The notes under the pieces: model-generated | The model's database searches: none | Seen by the model: the letters and a program-made list of their open reading frames with translations, nothing else | What the model was told of the DNA's origin: nothing | Translations under genes and position numbers: made by a program | Shown here: positions 47,513 through 57,034 of the stretch, piece by piece | Layout of the letters: each line of letters opens with the position of its first letter | Numbering within the stretch: position 1 is the stretch's first letter | Assembly (NCBI GenBank): GCA_046482505.1 | Contig: JAWOFA010000034.1 | Coordinates: forward strand, 2,791-66,790 | Length of the DNA stretch: 64,000 nucleotides | Origin: Desulfuromonadaceae bacterium | GTDB taxonomy: Bacteria; Desulfobacterota; Desulfuromonadia; Desulfuromonadales; Desulfuromonadaceae | Direction: 5' to 3'

Positions 47513-47544
47513 ATGCGTTATTTGCCTTTGGTCAAATAACGCAT
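47513..47544. promoter_or_regulatory. 12-bp-arm perfect inverted repeat ATGCGTTATTTG-N8-CAAATAACGCAT
   Basis: Read directly from the sequence, in the divergent intergenic region. It abuts a possible minus-strand -35 (TTGACT, 47508-47513) with TAAAGT as -10 (47484-47489). No U-run follows on either strand, so it is not a typical terminator. Confidence 0.45.
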
Positions 47545-47634
47545 CACAGTAGCTAAATAGCTGTGTTGATATATATTGATAAGTTTTTTATGCGCCTGAA
47601 TAGTGCAATTTATAAACATCAAAAAGGGGGTTCC

Positions 47635-48576
47635 ATGTATACTTTTGGTCCTGTACCCTCCCGCCGTCTCGGACAAAGCCTGGGAATTAATAATATCCCG
47701 CCTAAATACTGCAGTTACGCCTGTGTGTATTGCCAATTAGGGCGGGCAATCCGGCTTGTTCAGATGCCCGAAGAGTTTTACCATCCCATGGCAGTGGTAA
47801 AAGCAGTACAAGAGAAACTCGATGTTCTCCACCTCTCAGGACAACATGTAGACTATCTAACAATTGTGGCGGACGGTGAACCGACCCTGGATCTGCATCT
47901 GAGAGAATTGATTGATGCCCTGCAGGGTACCAATCTTCCAGTTGCAGTCATAACCAACGGAACCATGCTGCAATTTCCGCAAGTGCGCACTGCGCTCTCA
48001 AAAGCAAACTGGGTTTCGGTGAAGGTTGACAGTGTTGATGAGAGCACGTGGCGAAGAATTGATCGACCCGCTAAAGGTTTGCATTTGGACAAAATACTTT
48101 ACGGTATTGATAAATTTGCCGCAGAATTTTCCGGTACTCTGGTAACCGAAACCATGCTGGTGTCAGATTGCAACACCGATGAACAAACTCTCGGAAAGAC
48201 GGCATGTTATATCAGAAAACTTAATCCTGAATGTGCATACTTAAGTGCGCCGGTTCGCCCGCCGGCAGAAAACTGGGTTGAAGTTCCTTCACCTGAAATA
48301 TGCAACCGGGCGTTCCAGATCTTTGATTCACACATTGAAAGGGTGGAGTATCTGCTGGGATACGAGGGAAACGCGTTTGCTCATAGCGGAGATCCGGTTG
48401 AAGATGTTCTCAGTATTACCGCCGTACATCCCATGCGTGAAGATGCCTTAGAAGCACTTCTGCAACGACAGGGGGCAGATTTTGCTGTGGTGGATAATCT
48501 GATACAGCAGGGGTTATTGAAGTGTACGCCATATGCGGGGAACCGTTTTTATGCCCGCGTATTGAGACGAAGTTGA
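47635..48576 (+). CDS. radical SAM protein of unknown function (COG0731-like)
   Basis: ORF 47563-48576; start ATG 47635 preceded by AAAAAGGGGG. FGPVPSRRLGQSLGINNIPPKYCSYACVYCQLG (CxxxCxxC) and a GEPTL motif. Confidence 0.8.
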   Translation: MYTFGPVPSRRLGQSLGINNIPPKYCSYACVYCQLGRAIRLVQMPEEFYHPMAVVKAVQEKLDVLHLSGQHVDYLTIVADGEPTLDLHLRELIDALQGTNLPVAVITNGTMLQFPQVRTALSKANWVSVKVDSVDESTWRRIDRPAKGLHLDKILYGIDKFAAEFSGTLVTETMLVSDCNTDEQTLGKTACYIRKLNPECAYLSAPVRPPAENWVEVPSPEICNRAFQIFDSHIERVEYLLGYEGNAFAHSGDPVEDVLSITAVHPMREDALEALLQRQGADFAVVDNLIQQGLLKCTPYAGNRFYARVLRRS

Positions 48577-48722
48577 ATTTGCCTGAAATATTGATTCATT
48601 TTCCAAACAGAAAGCCTCAGATCAATTAGAGCTGGGTTTGGCATTAAAATTGTAGCAAAGGTACAAAATCAACTGCGTAGATATTTGTGTTTTGAACAAC
48701 TTCTGAGTATGAAGGTGATCGG

Positions 48723-49541
48723 TTGAACGTTTTCTCCTGTGTTTTAACATTTATCGGCATGCTTGCTTTGCTGTGTGCATTGTGGCCGGTAGCCAGAATT
48801 CGAAAAATCCTTCCTGAGCCGGCTCTTATCCGGGCATGGAATGTGTTGTCAATTTTTATTCTCTTATTTATCGGAGGGTATTTTTTATATCTTCTTGTTT
48901 CATGTGCGACTCACGAATCCATGGGAGAGATGATCGTTCCGGTGGTCTTTTTCTTCGGTGGAATTTTTGTGTTTATTGTGTGCCGTCTCTTTGATACTAC
49001 CGCAACGAAACTGGTAGATTTCAAGCGTTTGGAGTATGAAAGTATTCATGATCCACTAACGGGGATATTCAACCGACGTCATATGCAGCACAGTCTTGAA
49101 TCTCAGGCGGCGTTAGCACGCCGCAATAACACATCGTTAGCACTGTTGCTCATAGATCTGGATCATTTTAAAGAGGTTAACGACCAGTACGGTCATCTGT
49201 GTGGCGATGGTGTTTTGCGTCAGGTGACGGATACGATTGTGTCTCTGGTTAAACGCGATATCGATATGGTATTCAGATACGGTGGAGAGGAGTTTCTGGT
49301 AATGCTGCCTCAAACACCGCTGGAAGGCGCAGTCGTCCTGGCGGAAAAGATACGCGCCAGTATTGCGGAATCGGTGTTTGAAGTGGAATGCCAGGATGGT
49401 TTTATCCAGGTGGACTGCAGTGTCAGTATTGGTGTTGTAGTATACGATCCTGCCAAACAGAATATTATGCAATGTGTGGCACAAGCGGATGCTAAATTGT
49501 ATCAGGCAAAGGAAAATGGACGTAATCAGGTTGTGAGTTGA
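48723..49541 (+). CDS. membrane-anchored diguanylate cyclase (GGDEF)
   Basis: 272 aa with three N-terminal TM helices. DLDHFKEVNDQYGHLCGD, intact RYGGEEF active site and an RDID I-site. Confidence 0.85.
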   Translation: MNVFSCVLTFIGMLALLCALWPVARIRKILPEPALIRAWNVLSIFILLFIGGYFLYLLVSCATHESMGEMIVPVVFFFGGIFVFIVCRLFDTTATKLVDFKRLEYESIHDPLTGIFNRRHMQHSLESQAALARRNNTSLALLLIDLDHFKEVNDQYGHLCGDGVLRQVTDTIVSLVKRDIDMVFRYGGEEFLVMLPQTPLEGAVVLAEKIRASIAESVFEVECQDGFIQVDCSVSIGVVVYDPAKQNIMQCVAQADAKLYQAKENGRNQVVS

Positions 49542-49604
49542 AAGCTGCATCTCAAGGCTCCCCAACCCATCTAATAATCCTATCAGGTAATAGGGGCAGA
49601 ACAC

Positions 49605-50522
49605 GTGGATATCCGTCGTCTGGAAATTTTTTGTGCTGTTGTTGATAAAGGTAGTTTTACCCGTGCTGCAGATGCAGTATTTATTTCACAGCCTTCAGTA
49701 AGCGAAAATATCCGCATTCTGGAGCAGCAGCTGGGTGAAAAACTGGTCGATCGTCTTGGCCGGCAGGCACATCCTACCCATGCTGGGAAAATACTGTACA
49801 AATACGCGCGCAAGATGATCCAAATTCAAAACGATGCCAAACAGGCAATTAGCAGCTATCAGGGCAATCTAACCGGTCTTATGAGTGTGGGCGCCAGTAC
49901 GGTGCCCGGCGCTTTTCTGCTCCCGGGATTGCTGCAGAGCTTTAAACAGCTGTATCCGCAGGCTCAGTTGCAGTTACTTATCTCCGGCAGTGCTCGGGTT
50001 GTAGATGATGTTCTGAATGGAACCCTGGAACTGGGGCTGGTGGGAAGCAAACCCAGGGATCAACGCCTTGTGCATGAAAGAGTGTTTAATGATGAGCTTC
50101 AACTCGTGGTACATCCTGATCATCCATTCGCTTCAAGGAAGGAAGTTAATGCAGGAGAGTTGCTTGATGTCCCCTTTGTGATGCGTGAATATGGATCAGG
50201 TACCCGAACAGAAATGAGTGCGGCACTAAAGGATGCTGAACTGGATGCGGGACAATTGCGCGTTATCGCAGATGTGGGAAGTAATGAGGCCGTGCGCGAA
50301 GCGGTTAAAAGCGGGATAGGGGTTGCTATCCTTTCTGCGCTGGCTGTACGCGATGATATCGGGCGTAATAAGTTAGCAGCAGTGGGTATAAATGGGGTTA
50401 AAATGCCGCGCTCTTTCTATCTTATCCATCGCAGTGGGCGTCAGCATAGCCCTCTCGCTGCAGCGTTCCACGCGCATGTGTTAGAAGAGCTTGGGCGCGA
50501 GAATTCCGAGCTTCAGGGTTAG
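49605..50522 (+). CDS. LysR family transcriptional regulator
   Basis: 305 aa, GTG start. HTH (LEIFCAVVDKGSFTRAADAVFISQPSVSENIRILE) plus a LysR substrate-binding domain. Confidence 0.88.
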   Translation: MDIRRLEIFCAVVDKGSFTRAADAVFISQPSVSENIRILEQQLGEKLVDRLGRQAHPTHAGKILYKYARKMIQIQNDAKQAISSYQGNLTGLMSVGASTVPGAFLLPGLLQSFKQLYPQAQLQLLISGSARVVDDVLNGTLELGLVGSKPRDQRLVHERVFNDELQLVVHPDHPFASRKEVNAGELLDVPFVMREYGSGTRTEMSAALKDAELDAGQLRVIADVGSNEAVREAVKSGIGVAILSALAVRDDIGRNKLAAVGINGVKMPRSFYLIHRSGRQHSPLAAAFHAHVLEELGRENSELQG

Positions 50523-50524
50523 AG

Positions 50525-51931
50525 TCAGAACTCGATGCCCAGGCGCTTTATCTTCTCCACCATGGTGGTGCGCTTTATATTAAGCATAGCTGCCGCCTTT
50601 GATTTTACTCCCGCACTGTTCACCAGCGCCTGACGTATCCATTCCCTTTCAATCTGCTGAATCTGTGCCGGCATGTCTAAGCCCTCTGCAGGTAAAGTAG
50701 CAGGAACTTGTTTTTGCTGGCGTTTTACTCCGGATATGTGCGGAGGCAACTCGTCGACCCCTATTATGTCCTTGTCGCACAACGCTGCGGTGCGTTCAAT
50801 GATATTTTCTAACTCACGCACATTCCCCGGCCACGGATATTCCTCCAATATTTCAAAGACTTCTTTGGCAAAACTGAGTTGTCCACATTTAAGCTGGTTG
50901 CAACTCTTTTTAAGAAAGTGCCGCGCCAGGATGGAGATATCTTCTTTGCGTTCGCGCAGGGGAGGTAGATTGATAGGAATAACGTTGAGGCGGTAGAACA
51001 GATCTTCGCGAAATGTTCCATCGGTTATCATCTCTTCGAGGTTGGTGTTAGTTGCAGAGATGATGCGAATATTGAGTTTGATTGAATGATTCCCCCCCAC
51101 AGGCTCGACTTCTTGCTCCTGCAGCACCCGTAAAAGCTTTAATTGCAGGGGAACCGGCATGGTGCCGATCTCATCCAGAAATATAGTGCCACCGTTGGCC
51201 TGTTCAAAGCGTCCCGGCTTGGTTTTTATTGCCCCTGTAAACGAGCCACGCATGTGACCGAATAACTCACTTTCAAGCAGATCCTGCGGGATGGCGCCGC
51301 AGTTGATAGCCACAAAGGGCTTGTCCTGCCTGGGTCCGTTGTAGTGCAGTGCGCGCGCTACCAACTCCTTGCCCGTCCCGGATTCTCCCAGAATCAGAAT
51401 AGACGAATCAGTGTCGACTACCTTCTCCATACGGGTGAAAACCTTCTGGAGGGCTGTGCTTGTGCCGATAATATTAGCAAAACTGTGCCTGTTGTGGAGT
51501 TGTTGACGCAGGAGCTTGTTTTCCTGGATTAGTTTTTGTTTCTCCAGTGATTTTGCAATTATCAGTTTCAATTTGTCGATATTCAGTGGCTTGGTGATAT
51601 AATCATAGGCACCATTTTTCATCGCCTCTACAGCGGTTTCGGCTGAAGCGTTTCCTGTTATGAGGATTACATTGGTGAGGGGGGAGTGCTCCTGTATATG
51701 CTTCAGGATCTCAAGACCATCTACTCCGGGAAGCATTAGGTCTGTAATCACTACCGCGTAGGTGTTTTGTGCCAGAATTCGAATAGCGTCTTCGCCACTG
51801 CGGGCGTTGGTTACTCCGTAGCCGGCTCGTTGCAGAACAGTGTGCAGCACCTTGTTGCTCTGCACGTCATCATCAACTAACAGAATCTGTATTTGTGCAT
51901 CCACTGCTGTTCTCCGTAAATGTAAAGTCAA
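50525..51931 (-). CDS. sigma-54-dependent response regulator (NtrC family: REC-AAA+-Fis HTH)
   Basis: REC (ILLVDDD, ITDLMLPGVDG). AAA+ with Walker A GESGTGKE, GAFTGA-like GSFTGA and ESELFGH. C-terminal HTH. The start is uncertain (TTG 51931 or a downstream GTG). Confidence 0.9.
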   Translation of the reverse strand: MTLHLRRTAVDAQIQILLVDDDVQSNKVLHTVLQRAGYGVTNARSGEDAIRILAQNTYAVVITDLMLPGVDGLEILKHIQEHSPLTNVILITGNASAETAVEAMKNGAYDYITKPLNIDKLKLIIAKSLEKQKLIQENKLLRQQLHNRHSFANIIGTSTALQKVFTRMEKVVDTDSSILILGESGTGKELVARALHYNGPRQDKPFVAINCGAIPQDLLESELFGHMRGSFTGAIKTKPGRFEQANGGTIFLDEIGTMPVPLQLKLLRVLQEQEVEPVGGNHSIKLNIRIISATNTNLEEMITDGTFREDLFYRLNVIPINLPPLRERKEDISILARHFLKKSCNQLKCGQLSFAKEVFEILEEYPWPGNVRELENIIERTAALCDKDIIGVDELPPHISGVKRQQKQVPATLPAEGLDMPAQIQQIEREWIRQALVNSAGVKSKAAAMLNIKRTTMVEKIKRLGIEF

Positions 51932-52214
51932 GTGTCCGGCGTCATAATTTTGACTAAGCTAGCAGATAGAGATTTTATTTGCCAGATTTTTAAGCCTGTA
52001 TCTTCCTGATAAACCTGAGATATCTGGTATTATAGGTTAAAGAAAGTATTTTTATCGATTCATGTAGAAGGTTCTTTGTTCTTGACATCTTCAGTATAAT
52101 TCTGTTTAAGTTGCCTAAGTATTTGAAATAAAACGTATTTTTAAAGTATGGCTAAAAAACACGTGCGTTTTTTATCTGGTATTAAAAGCGTTTTCTAGCA
52201 TGAATGGAGGCAGT

Positions 52215-55200
52215 ATGGCTGTAAAGCAATTTAAGAAAATCATGGCCGCAAACCGCGGCGAAATCGCGATCAGGATCTTTCGTGCATGCACAGAGTTGGG
52301 TATAGGTACCCTGGCAATTTACTCTGAAGAAGATAAGGTTGCATTGCACCGCTACAAGGCCGATGAAGCATACATGATCGGCAAAGGGAAAGGTCCCATT
52401 GATGCATATCTCGGTATTGATGAGATCATTGAACTGGCGCGTGCGAAAGAGGTTGATGCCATCCATCCCGGATATGGCTTTTTATCTGAAAATCCGGAAT
52501 TTGCTGAAGCCTGTGAAAACGCAGGCATTGCGTTTATCGGCCCCACTCCGGAAATTCAACGTCGCCTGGGCAATAAGGTTGCTGCGCGTGAGGTTGCTAT
52601 CGCTGCAGGTGTACCGATTGTTCCGGGGACGGAAAACCCGGTAAAGACCGAAGAAGAGGCGCTGCTCTTTGCCAAAGAGTGCGGCTATCCCATTATAGTA
52701 AAAGCCGCCGCTGGCGGTGGTGGTCGTGGGATGCGTGTAGTGCGCAAACGCGAAGAGTTGGTTGAAAGTATCAAGTCTGCTACATCGGAGGCCAAGGCCG
52801 CCTTCGGTGATGGCACGGTGTTTCTGGAAAAGTACCTGGAACATCCCAAGCACATTGAAGTGCAGGTGATGGGTGACCAATACGGCAATATGGTCCATTA
52901 CTTTGAGCGTGATTGCTCCATCCAGCGGCGCCATCAGAAAGTGATAGAACTTGCCCCGTCACCCTCGCTGAGTAAGAAAAAGCGCGATGAGGTGTGCAAG
53001 TATGCGATGCAGATTGTGCAGGAAGTGGGGTATGTCAACGCCGGCACAGTGGAATTTCTTATGGATAAAGAGGGTAAATTCTACTTTATCGAAACCAATC
53101 CGCGTATTCAGGTAGAGCACACGGTTACCGAATTGGTTACCATGCGTAACCTGGTTCAGACCCAGATTCTGGTAGCACAGGGATACAAGCTTTCCGACCC
53201 AGAGATCGGCATCAAGAAGCAGAGCGATATAGAGATGCGTGGTTATGCGATTCAGTGTCGTGTGACTACAGAAGATCCGGCAAACAATTTTGCCCCCGAT
53301 TTTGGCACCATTAAAGCCTACCGTACTGCAGTGGGCTTTGGGGTGCGTCTGGATGCGGCCAACGGCTTTGCCGGCTCTGAAATTACGCCGTACTACGATT
53401 CGCTTCTGGTTAAGGTCTCCACCTGGGGGATATCGTTCCTCGATGCGTGCCGTACCATGAACCGCGCCCTTAAGGAATTCAGGGTCAGGGGGGTTAAGAC
53501 CAATATCGGTTTCCTTGAAAATGTGATCACGCACGAGCCTTTCATCAAGGGGGAGTGTGACACTTCGTATCTGGATGATCATCCGGAGCTCTTTATCATT
53601 CCCGAGAAGAAAGACAGAGCCAACAAGTTGCTTCAGTATATCGGGCATGTATCTGTCAATGGTTATCCAAATATCAAGAAACGCCTGAAGCTTAATGATT
53701 TGCGCGAAGCTCATGTCCCGTCAATACCCTCAGACATACCCTGTCCACGAGGAACGCGCGACATATTACTGGATAAGGGCCCCGAAGGGTTGGCAAAGTG
53801 GGTAAAAGATCAGAATCAGCTACTCATTACTGATACCACTATGCGTGATGCGCATCAGTCCATTCTCGCGACCAGGGTGCGCACCTATGACCTGGAAAAA
53901 ATTGCAGCTGCTACGAGTCACCTTGGCGGCGGTTTGTTCTCTATGGAGATGTGGGGTGGAGCCACCTTTGACGTAGCAATGCGCTTTTTGACCGAGGACC
54001 CATGGGAGCGCCTCGATCGCCTCCGCGCTAAAGTGCCTAATACACTGTTTCAGATGCTGCTGCGCGGTTCCAATGCGGTGGGCTACACCAATTACCCCGA
54101 CAACGTCGTACAGGATTTTGTTGCGAGAGCGGCCAAAGGTGGTATCGATGTGTTCCGGGTTTTTGACTCGCTGAACTGGACCAAGGGGATGAAGGTAGCG
54201 ATGGATGCGGTGCAGAAAGAGGGCGCCGTTTGTGAAGCTGCCATGTGTTATACCGGTGATATCTCCGACCCCACACGAGACAAGTACCCTCTGGAGTACT
54301 ATGTCAACATGGCCAAAGAGCTCGAAAATATGGGAGCGCATATCCTCGGGATCAAGGATATGGCCGGATTGCTCAAACCTTTTGCAGCCGAAAAACTGAT
54401 TAAAGCCCTGAAAGAAGAAGTGGGAATTCCTATCCATCTCCATACCCATGATACTTCAGGCAATGGTGGTACCATGCTTCTCATGGCTTCCAAGGCCGGG
54501 GTGGATATTGTAGATACCGCGCTTTCCTCCATCTCCGGGCTCACCTCTCAGCCCAGCATGAATGCCCTTATTGCAACCCTTGAGGGGACCATGTGGGATC
54601 CGAAGCTGGATAAAGAGGGGATGCAACAGCTCGCCAACTACTGGGAAACCGTGCGCACTTACTACGAGCCTTTCGAATCCGAGTTGCGTGCCAGCACCGC
54701 CCAGGTCTACGAGCATGAAATACCCGGGGGGCAGTACTCCAACTACAAACCGCAGGTTGAAGGTCTGGGACTCGGACACCGCTGGGAAGAGTGTAAACAG
54801 ATGTATCGCAAGGTCAACGATATGTTTGGCGATCTGGTCAAGGTAACTCCTTCCTCCAAAATCGTGGGGGATATGGCGATGTTCATGGTGCAGAACAACC
54901 TCGAGCCTGAAGATGTGATGGAGCGCGGCCACGATCTTGCGTTCCCGCAGGGGGTTGTAGATTTCTTCAAGGGGATGCTGGGGCAGCCCTACGGTGGATT
55001 CCCGGAGAAACTTCAGAAAATAATCCTCAAGGATGAAGTACCTTTTACCCATCGACCCGGCGAGTTTCTGGAACCGGTGGATTTTGCCGCCAAGAAAGAG
55101 GAGCTTGAAAAGAAACTCGGTCACGAGATCAAGGATCGTGATGTCTCCTCTGCCGTGCTCTATCCCGGCGTGTTCGAAGAGTTTGATCGTCACAGGCAGC

Positions 55201-55661
55201 AATATAGCGATACCTCTGTTCTATCTACACCGCTGTACTTCTACGGCCTTGAGCCCGGAGATGAAGTGAGTGTGGAGATTGAAGAGGGGAAAACTCTGAT
55301 TGTAAAGATGACCGCCATCGGCGAAGTGAGCAAGGATGGTACTCGGAGTATCTTCTTTGAACTCAACGGGGAGCCGCGCCAGGTTACTGTCAAAGACCTC
55401 TCCGCAGATACAGCTGATGCGGATATCGTGCTCGCAGACCCGGGTAACGACAAGCATATCGGCGCACCTATGCCGGGTAAGATCTTCAAGATGAATGTAG
55501 CTGTGGGAGATGAAGTCAAAGCCGGAGATACCCTGTTGGTTACCGAAGCGATGAAGATGGAAACCAACGTGCGCGCTAAAACCGATGGCGTAGTAAAGGA
55601 GATCCTTTTGGGTGAAGGATCCCAGGTGCAGCAGGATGTACTCATAGTCGTGCTCGAATAG
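52215..55661 (+). CDS. pyc: pyruvate carboxylase (single-chain)
   Basis: ORF 52200-55661; ATG 52215 preceded by GGAGG. Biotin carboxylase domain (ANRGEIAIRIFRA, GGGGRGMR), carboxyltransferase domain (DTTMRDAHQS, HTHDTSG) and biotinyl motif EAMKMET. Confidence 0.93.
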   Translation: MAVKQFKKIMAANRGEIAIRIFRACTELGIGTLAIYSEEDKVALHRYKADEAYMIGKGKGPIDAYLGIDEIIELARAKEVDAIHPGYGFLSENPEFAEACENAGIAFIGPTPEIQRRLGNKVAAREVAIAAGVPIVPGTENPVKTEEEALLFAKECGYPIIVKAAAGGGGRGMRVVRKREELVESIKSATSEAKAAFGDGTVFLEKYLEHPKHIEVQVMGDQYGNMVHYFERDCSIQRRHQKVIELAPSPSLSKKKRDEVCKYAMQIVQEVGYVNAGTVEFLMDKEGKFYFIETNPRIQVEHTVTELVTMRNLVQTQILVAQGYKLSDPEIGIKKQSDIEMRGYAIQCRVTTEDPANNFAPDFGTIKAYRTAVGFGVRLDAANGFAGSEITPYYDSLLVKVSTWGISFLDACRTMNRALKEFRVRGVKTNIGFLENVITHEPFIKGECDTSYLDDHPELFIIPEKKDRANKLLQYIGHVSVNGYPNIKKRLKLNDLREAHVPSIPSDIPCPRGTRDILLDKGPEGLAKWVKDQNQLLITDTTMRDAHQSILATRVRTYDLEKIAAATSHLGGGLFSMEMWGGATFDVAMRFLTEDPWERLDRLRAKVPNTLFQMLLRGSNAVGYTNYPDNVVQDFVARAAKGGIDVFRVFDSLNWTKGMKVAMDAVQKEGAVCEAAMCYTGDISDPTRDKYPLEYYVNMAKELENMGAHILGIKDMAGLLKPFAAEKLIKALKEEVGIPIHLHTHDTSGNGGTMLLMASKAGVDIVDTALSSISGLTSQPSMNALIATLEGTMWDPKLDKEGMQQLANYWETVRTYYEPFESELRASTAQVYEHEIPGGQYSNYKPQVEGLGLGHRWEECKQMYRKVNDMFGDLVKVTPSSKIVGDMAMFMVQNNLEPEDVMERGHDLAFPQGVVDFFKGMLGQPYGGFPEKLQKIILKDEVPFTHRPGEFLEPVDFAAKKEELEKKLGHEIKDRDVSSAVLYPGVFEEFDRHRQQYSDTSVLSTPLYFYGLEPGDEVSVEIEEGKTLIVKMTAIGEVSKDGTRSIFFELNGEPRQVTVKDLSADTADADIVLADPGNDKHIGAPMPGKIFKMNVAVGDEVKAGDTLLVTEAMKMETNVRAKTDGVVKEILLGEGSQVQQDVLIVVLE

Positions 55662-55691
55662 TACTTGTGGTAGATTAAACAGGTATGAGAT

Positions 55692-55733
55692 AACAGGGCT
55701 GTTCTCTATTTCGGGGGGCGGCCCTGTTTTTAT
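55692..55733 (+). terminator. rho-independent terminator after pyc
   Basis: AACAGGGC...GCCCUGUU stem, extended by G-U-rich pairs, followed by UUUUAUU. Confidence 0.55.
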
Positions 55734-55857
55734 TGGAGCAGGGGAGGGATTGGTTCCCCGCATACGGGTTTCACAATAATGACCCTGTAAATTGATTACG
55801 CTTGTTCTGCCCTACATTCTGTTGTAATAAGTCAACCTTTGGGGAATATTTTTTGTT

Positions 55858-56661
55858 ATGTCTGAGCAGGAGCTTTTTGCGTCCAGCATTGATTATTTGA
55901 GCTATGTAGGAATATTTGTTTTCGGAGCGGTTATCGGTTCATTTTTGAATGTGTGCATTCACCGTTTGCCGTTGGGGCAGTCAATAGTTTTTCCTGCGTC
56001 CCACTGTCCCGAATGCAGCACCGAACTGCGCTGGTATCACAATATCCCAGTCCTTAGTTTTCTGTTTTTAAAGGGGCGTTGCTGTTTTTGTGCTGCCCGG
56101 ATATCCTGGCGCTACCCCACGGTTGAGATACTCAATGCCCTGTTTTACACTGCCGTGTTTCATATCTCCGGATATTCTCTTACCTCCCTGGTGCTGTTTG
56201 TATTTATTTCTGCGTTAATAGTTATAACCTTCATCGATCTTGACCATCGCATCATCCCGGATTTAATCAGTTTGCCGGGAATCGTTCTCGGTTTTGCAGC
56301 TTCTTTTATCCTCCCCTGGGTCTCATGGCAGGATTCCATTCTTGGTATTCTTCTCGGAGGTGGTAGCCTTTTTGCAGTGGCGTATATTTACGCTTTCTTC
56401 ACCGGTAAGGAAGGGATGGGAGGGGGCGATATAAAGCTTTTGGCTATGATCGGCGCTTTCCTTGGTTATAAGGCGGTATTGCCGGTTATTTTCCTTAGTT
56501 CCCTCATGGGAACAGCGATAGGTATCCCACTGATGTTCCTCAAGAAGGCGGATGGGGGGCTGGCAATACCCTTTGGTCCATTTCTTGCTGCTGCCTCACT
56601 GGTGTATCTATTCGCAGGTCAGTATCTTATAAGATGGTATCTGGAACTGTTTGTAGTTTAG
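55858..56661 (+). CDS. pilD: prepilin peptidase / N-methyltransferase (A24 family)
   Basis: 267 aa with the Cys motif CPECSTEL...CCFCAA, polytopic membrane domain and catalytic Asp contexts (FIDLDHRIIPD, GGGDIKL). Confidence 0.9.
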   Translation: MSEQELFASSIDYLSYVGIFVFGAVIGSFLNVCIHRLPLGQSIVFPASHCPECSTELRWYHNIPVLSFLFLKGRCCFCAARISWRYPTVEILNALFYTAVFHISGYSLTSLVLFVFISALIVITFIDLDHRIIPDLISLPGIVLGFAASFILPWVSWQDSILGILLGGGSLFAVAYIYAFFTGKEGMGGGDIKLLAMIGAFLGYKAVLPVIFLSSLMGTAIGIPLMFLKKADGGLAIPFGPFLAAASLVYLFAGQYLIRWYLELFVV

Positions 56662-56872
56662 CGCATTATACAGGGCAGTAAATACGATACCGAAGTATGT
56701 TTTCTACGTGTAAACACAAAACATTGTTGCAGTTGTGATAAAATTAACTTAGTCTTACAGGATAAAAACTTATTTATCCTGCTGCAGGGTTATGCATGTA
56801 CACCCAGTGTAAATTAAAGGGAAAGTGTGAGTAGAAGTAAATCGTTACCTTTTTGATTTTTCTTAATTATTC

Positions 56873-56900
56873 TTGACCTGTGCTCAATAGCACCTATAAT
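56873..56900 (+). promoter_or_regulatory. near-consensus sigma-70 promoter upstream of pilM
   Basis: TTGACC (56873-56878), 16-nt spacer, TATAAT (56895-56900). The spacer contains the inverted repeat GTGCT-CAAT-AGCAC. It would give a 5' leader of about 130 nt. Confidence 0.5.
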
Positions 56901-57034
56901 TCAGTTAATTGAACGTCGATTGAAGCATCTTCAGGAGCAGCAAGCACAGGATGGTTTTTCAAACGTATTATGTGAATAAAGGTTTTTCGGCTGCCATGCC
57001 TTGATGTCTCCGTTCCAGGAGGGGAATAAAAATC

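Noticed and set aside
52082-52100. TTGACA ... TATAAT pair upstream of pyc
   Set aside because: The two hexamers are only 7 nt apart, which is incompatible with a sigma-70 promoter. The TATAAT may still be a -10 with a weak -35. I also looked for a sigma-54 TGGCAC-N5-TTGC near TGGCTAAAAAAC (about 52150) and the spacing does not fit.
52959-55202. Long minus-strand ORFs (251, 209 and 248 aa) inside pyc
   Set aside because: All are antisense to pyruvate carboxylase, whose frame carries unambiguous BC/CT/biotinyl motifs. These are shadow ORFs.
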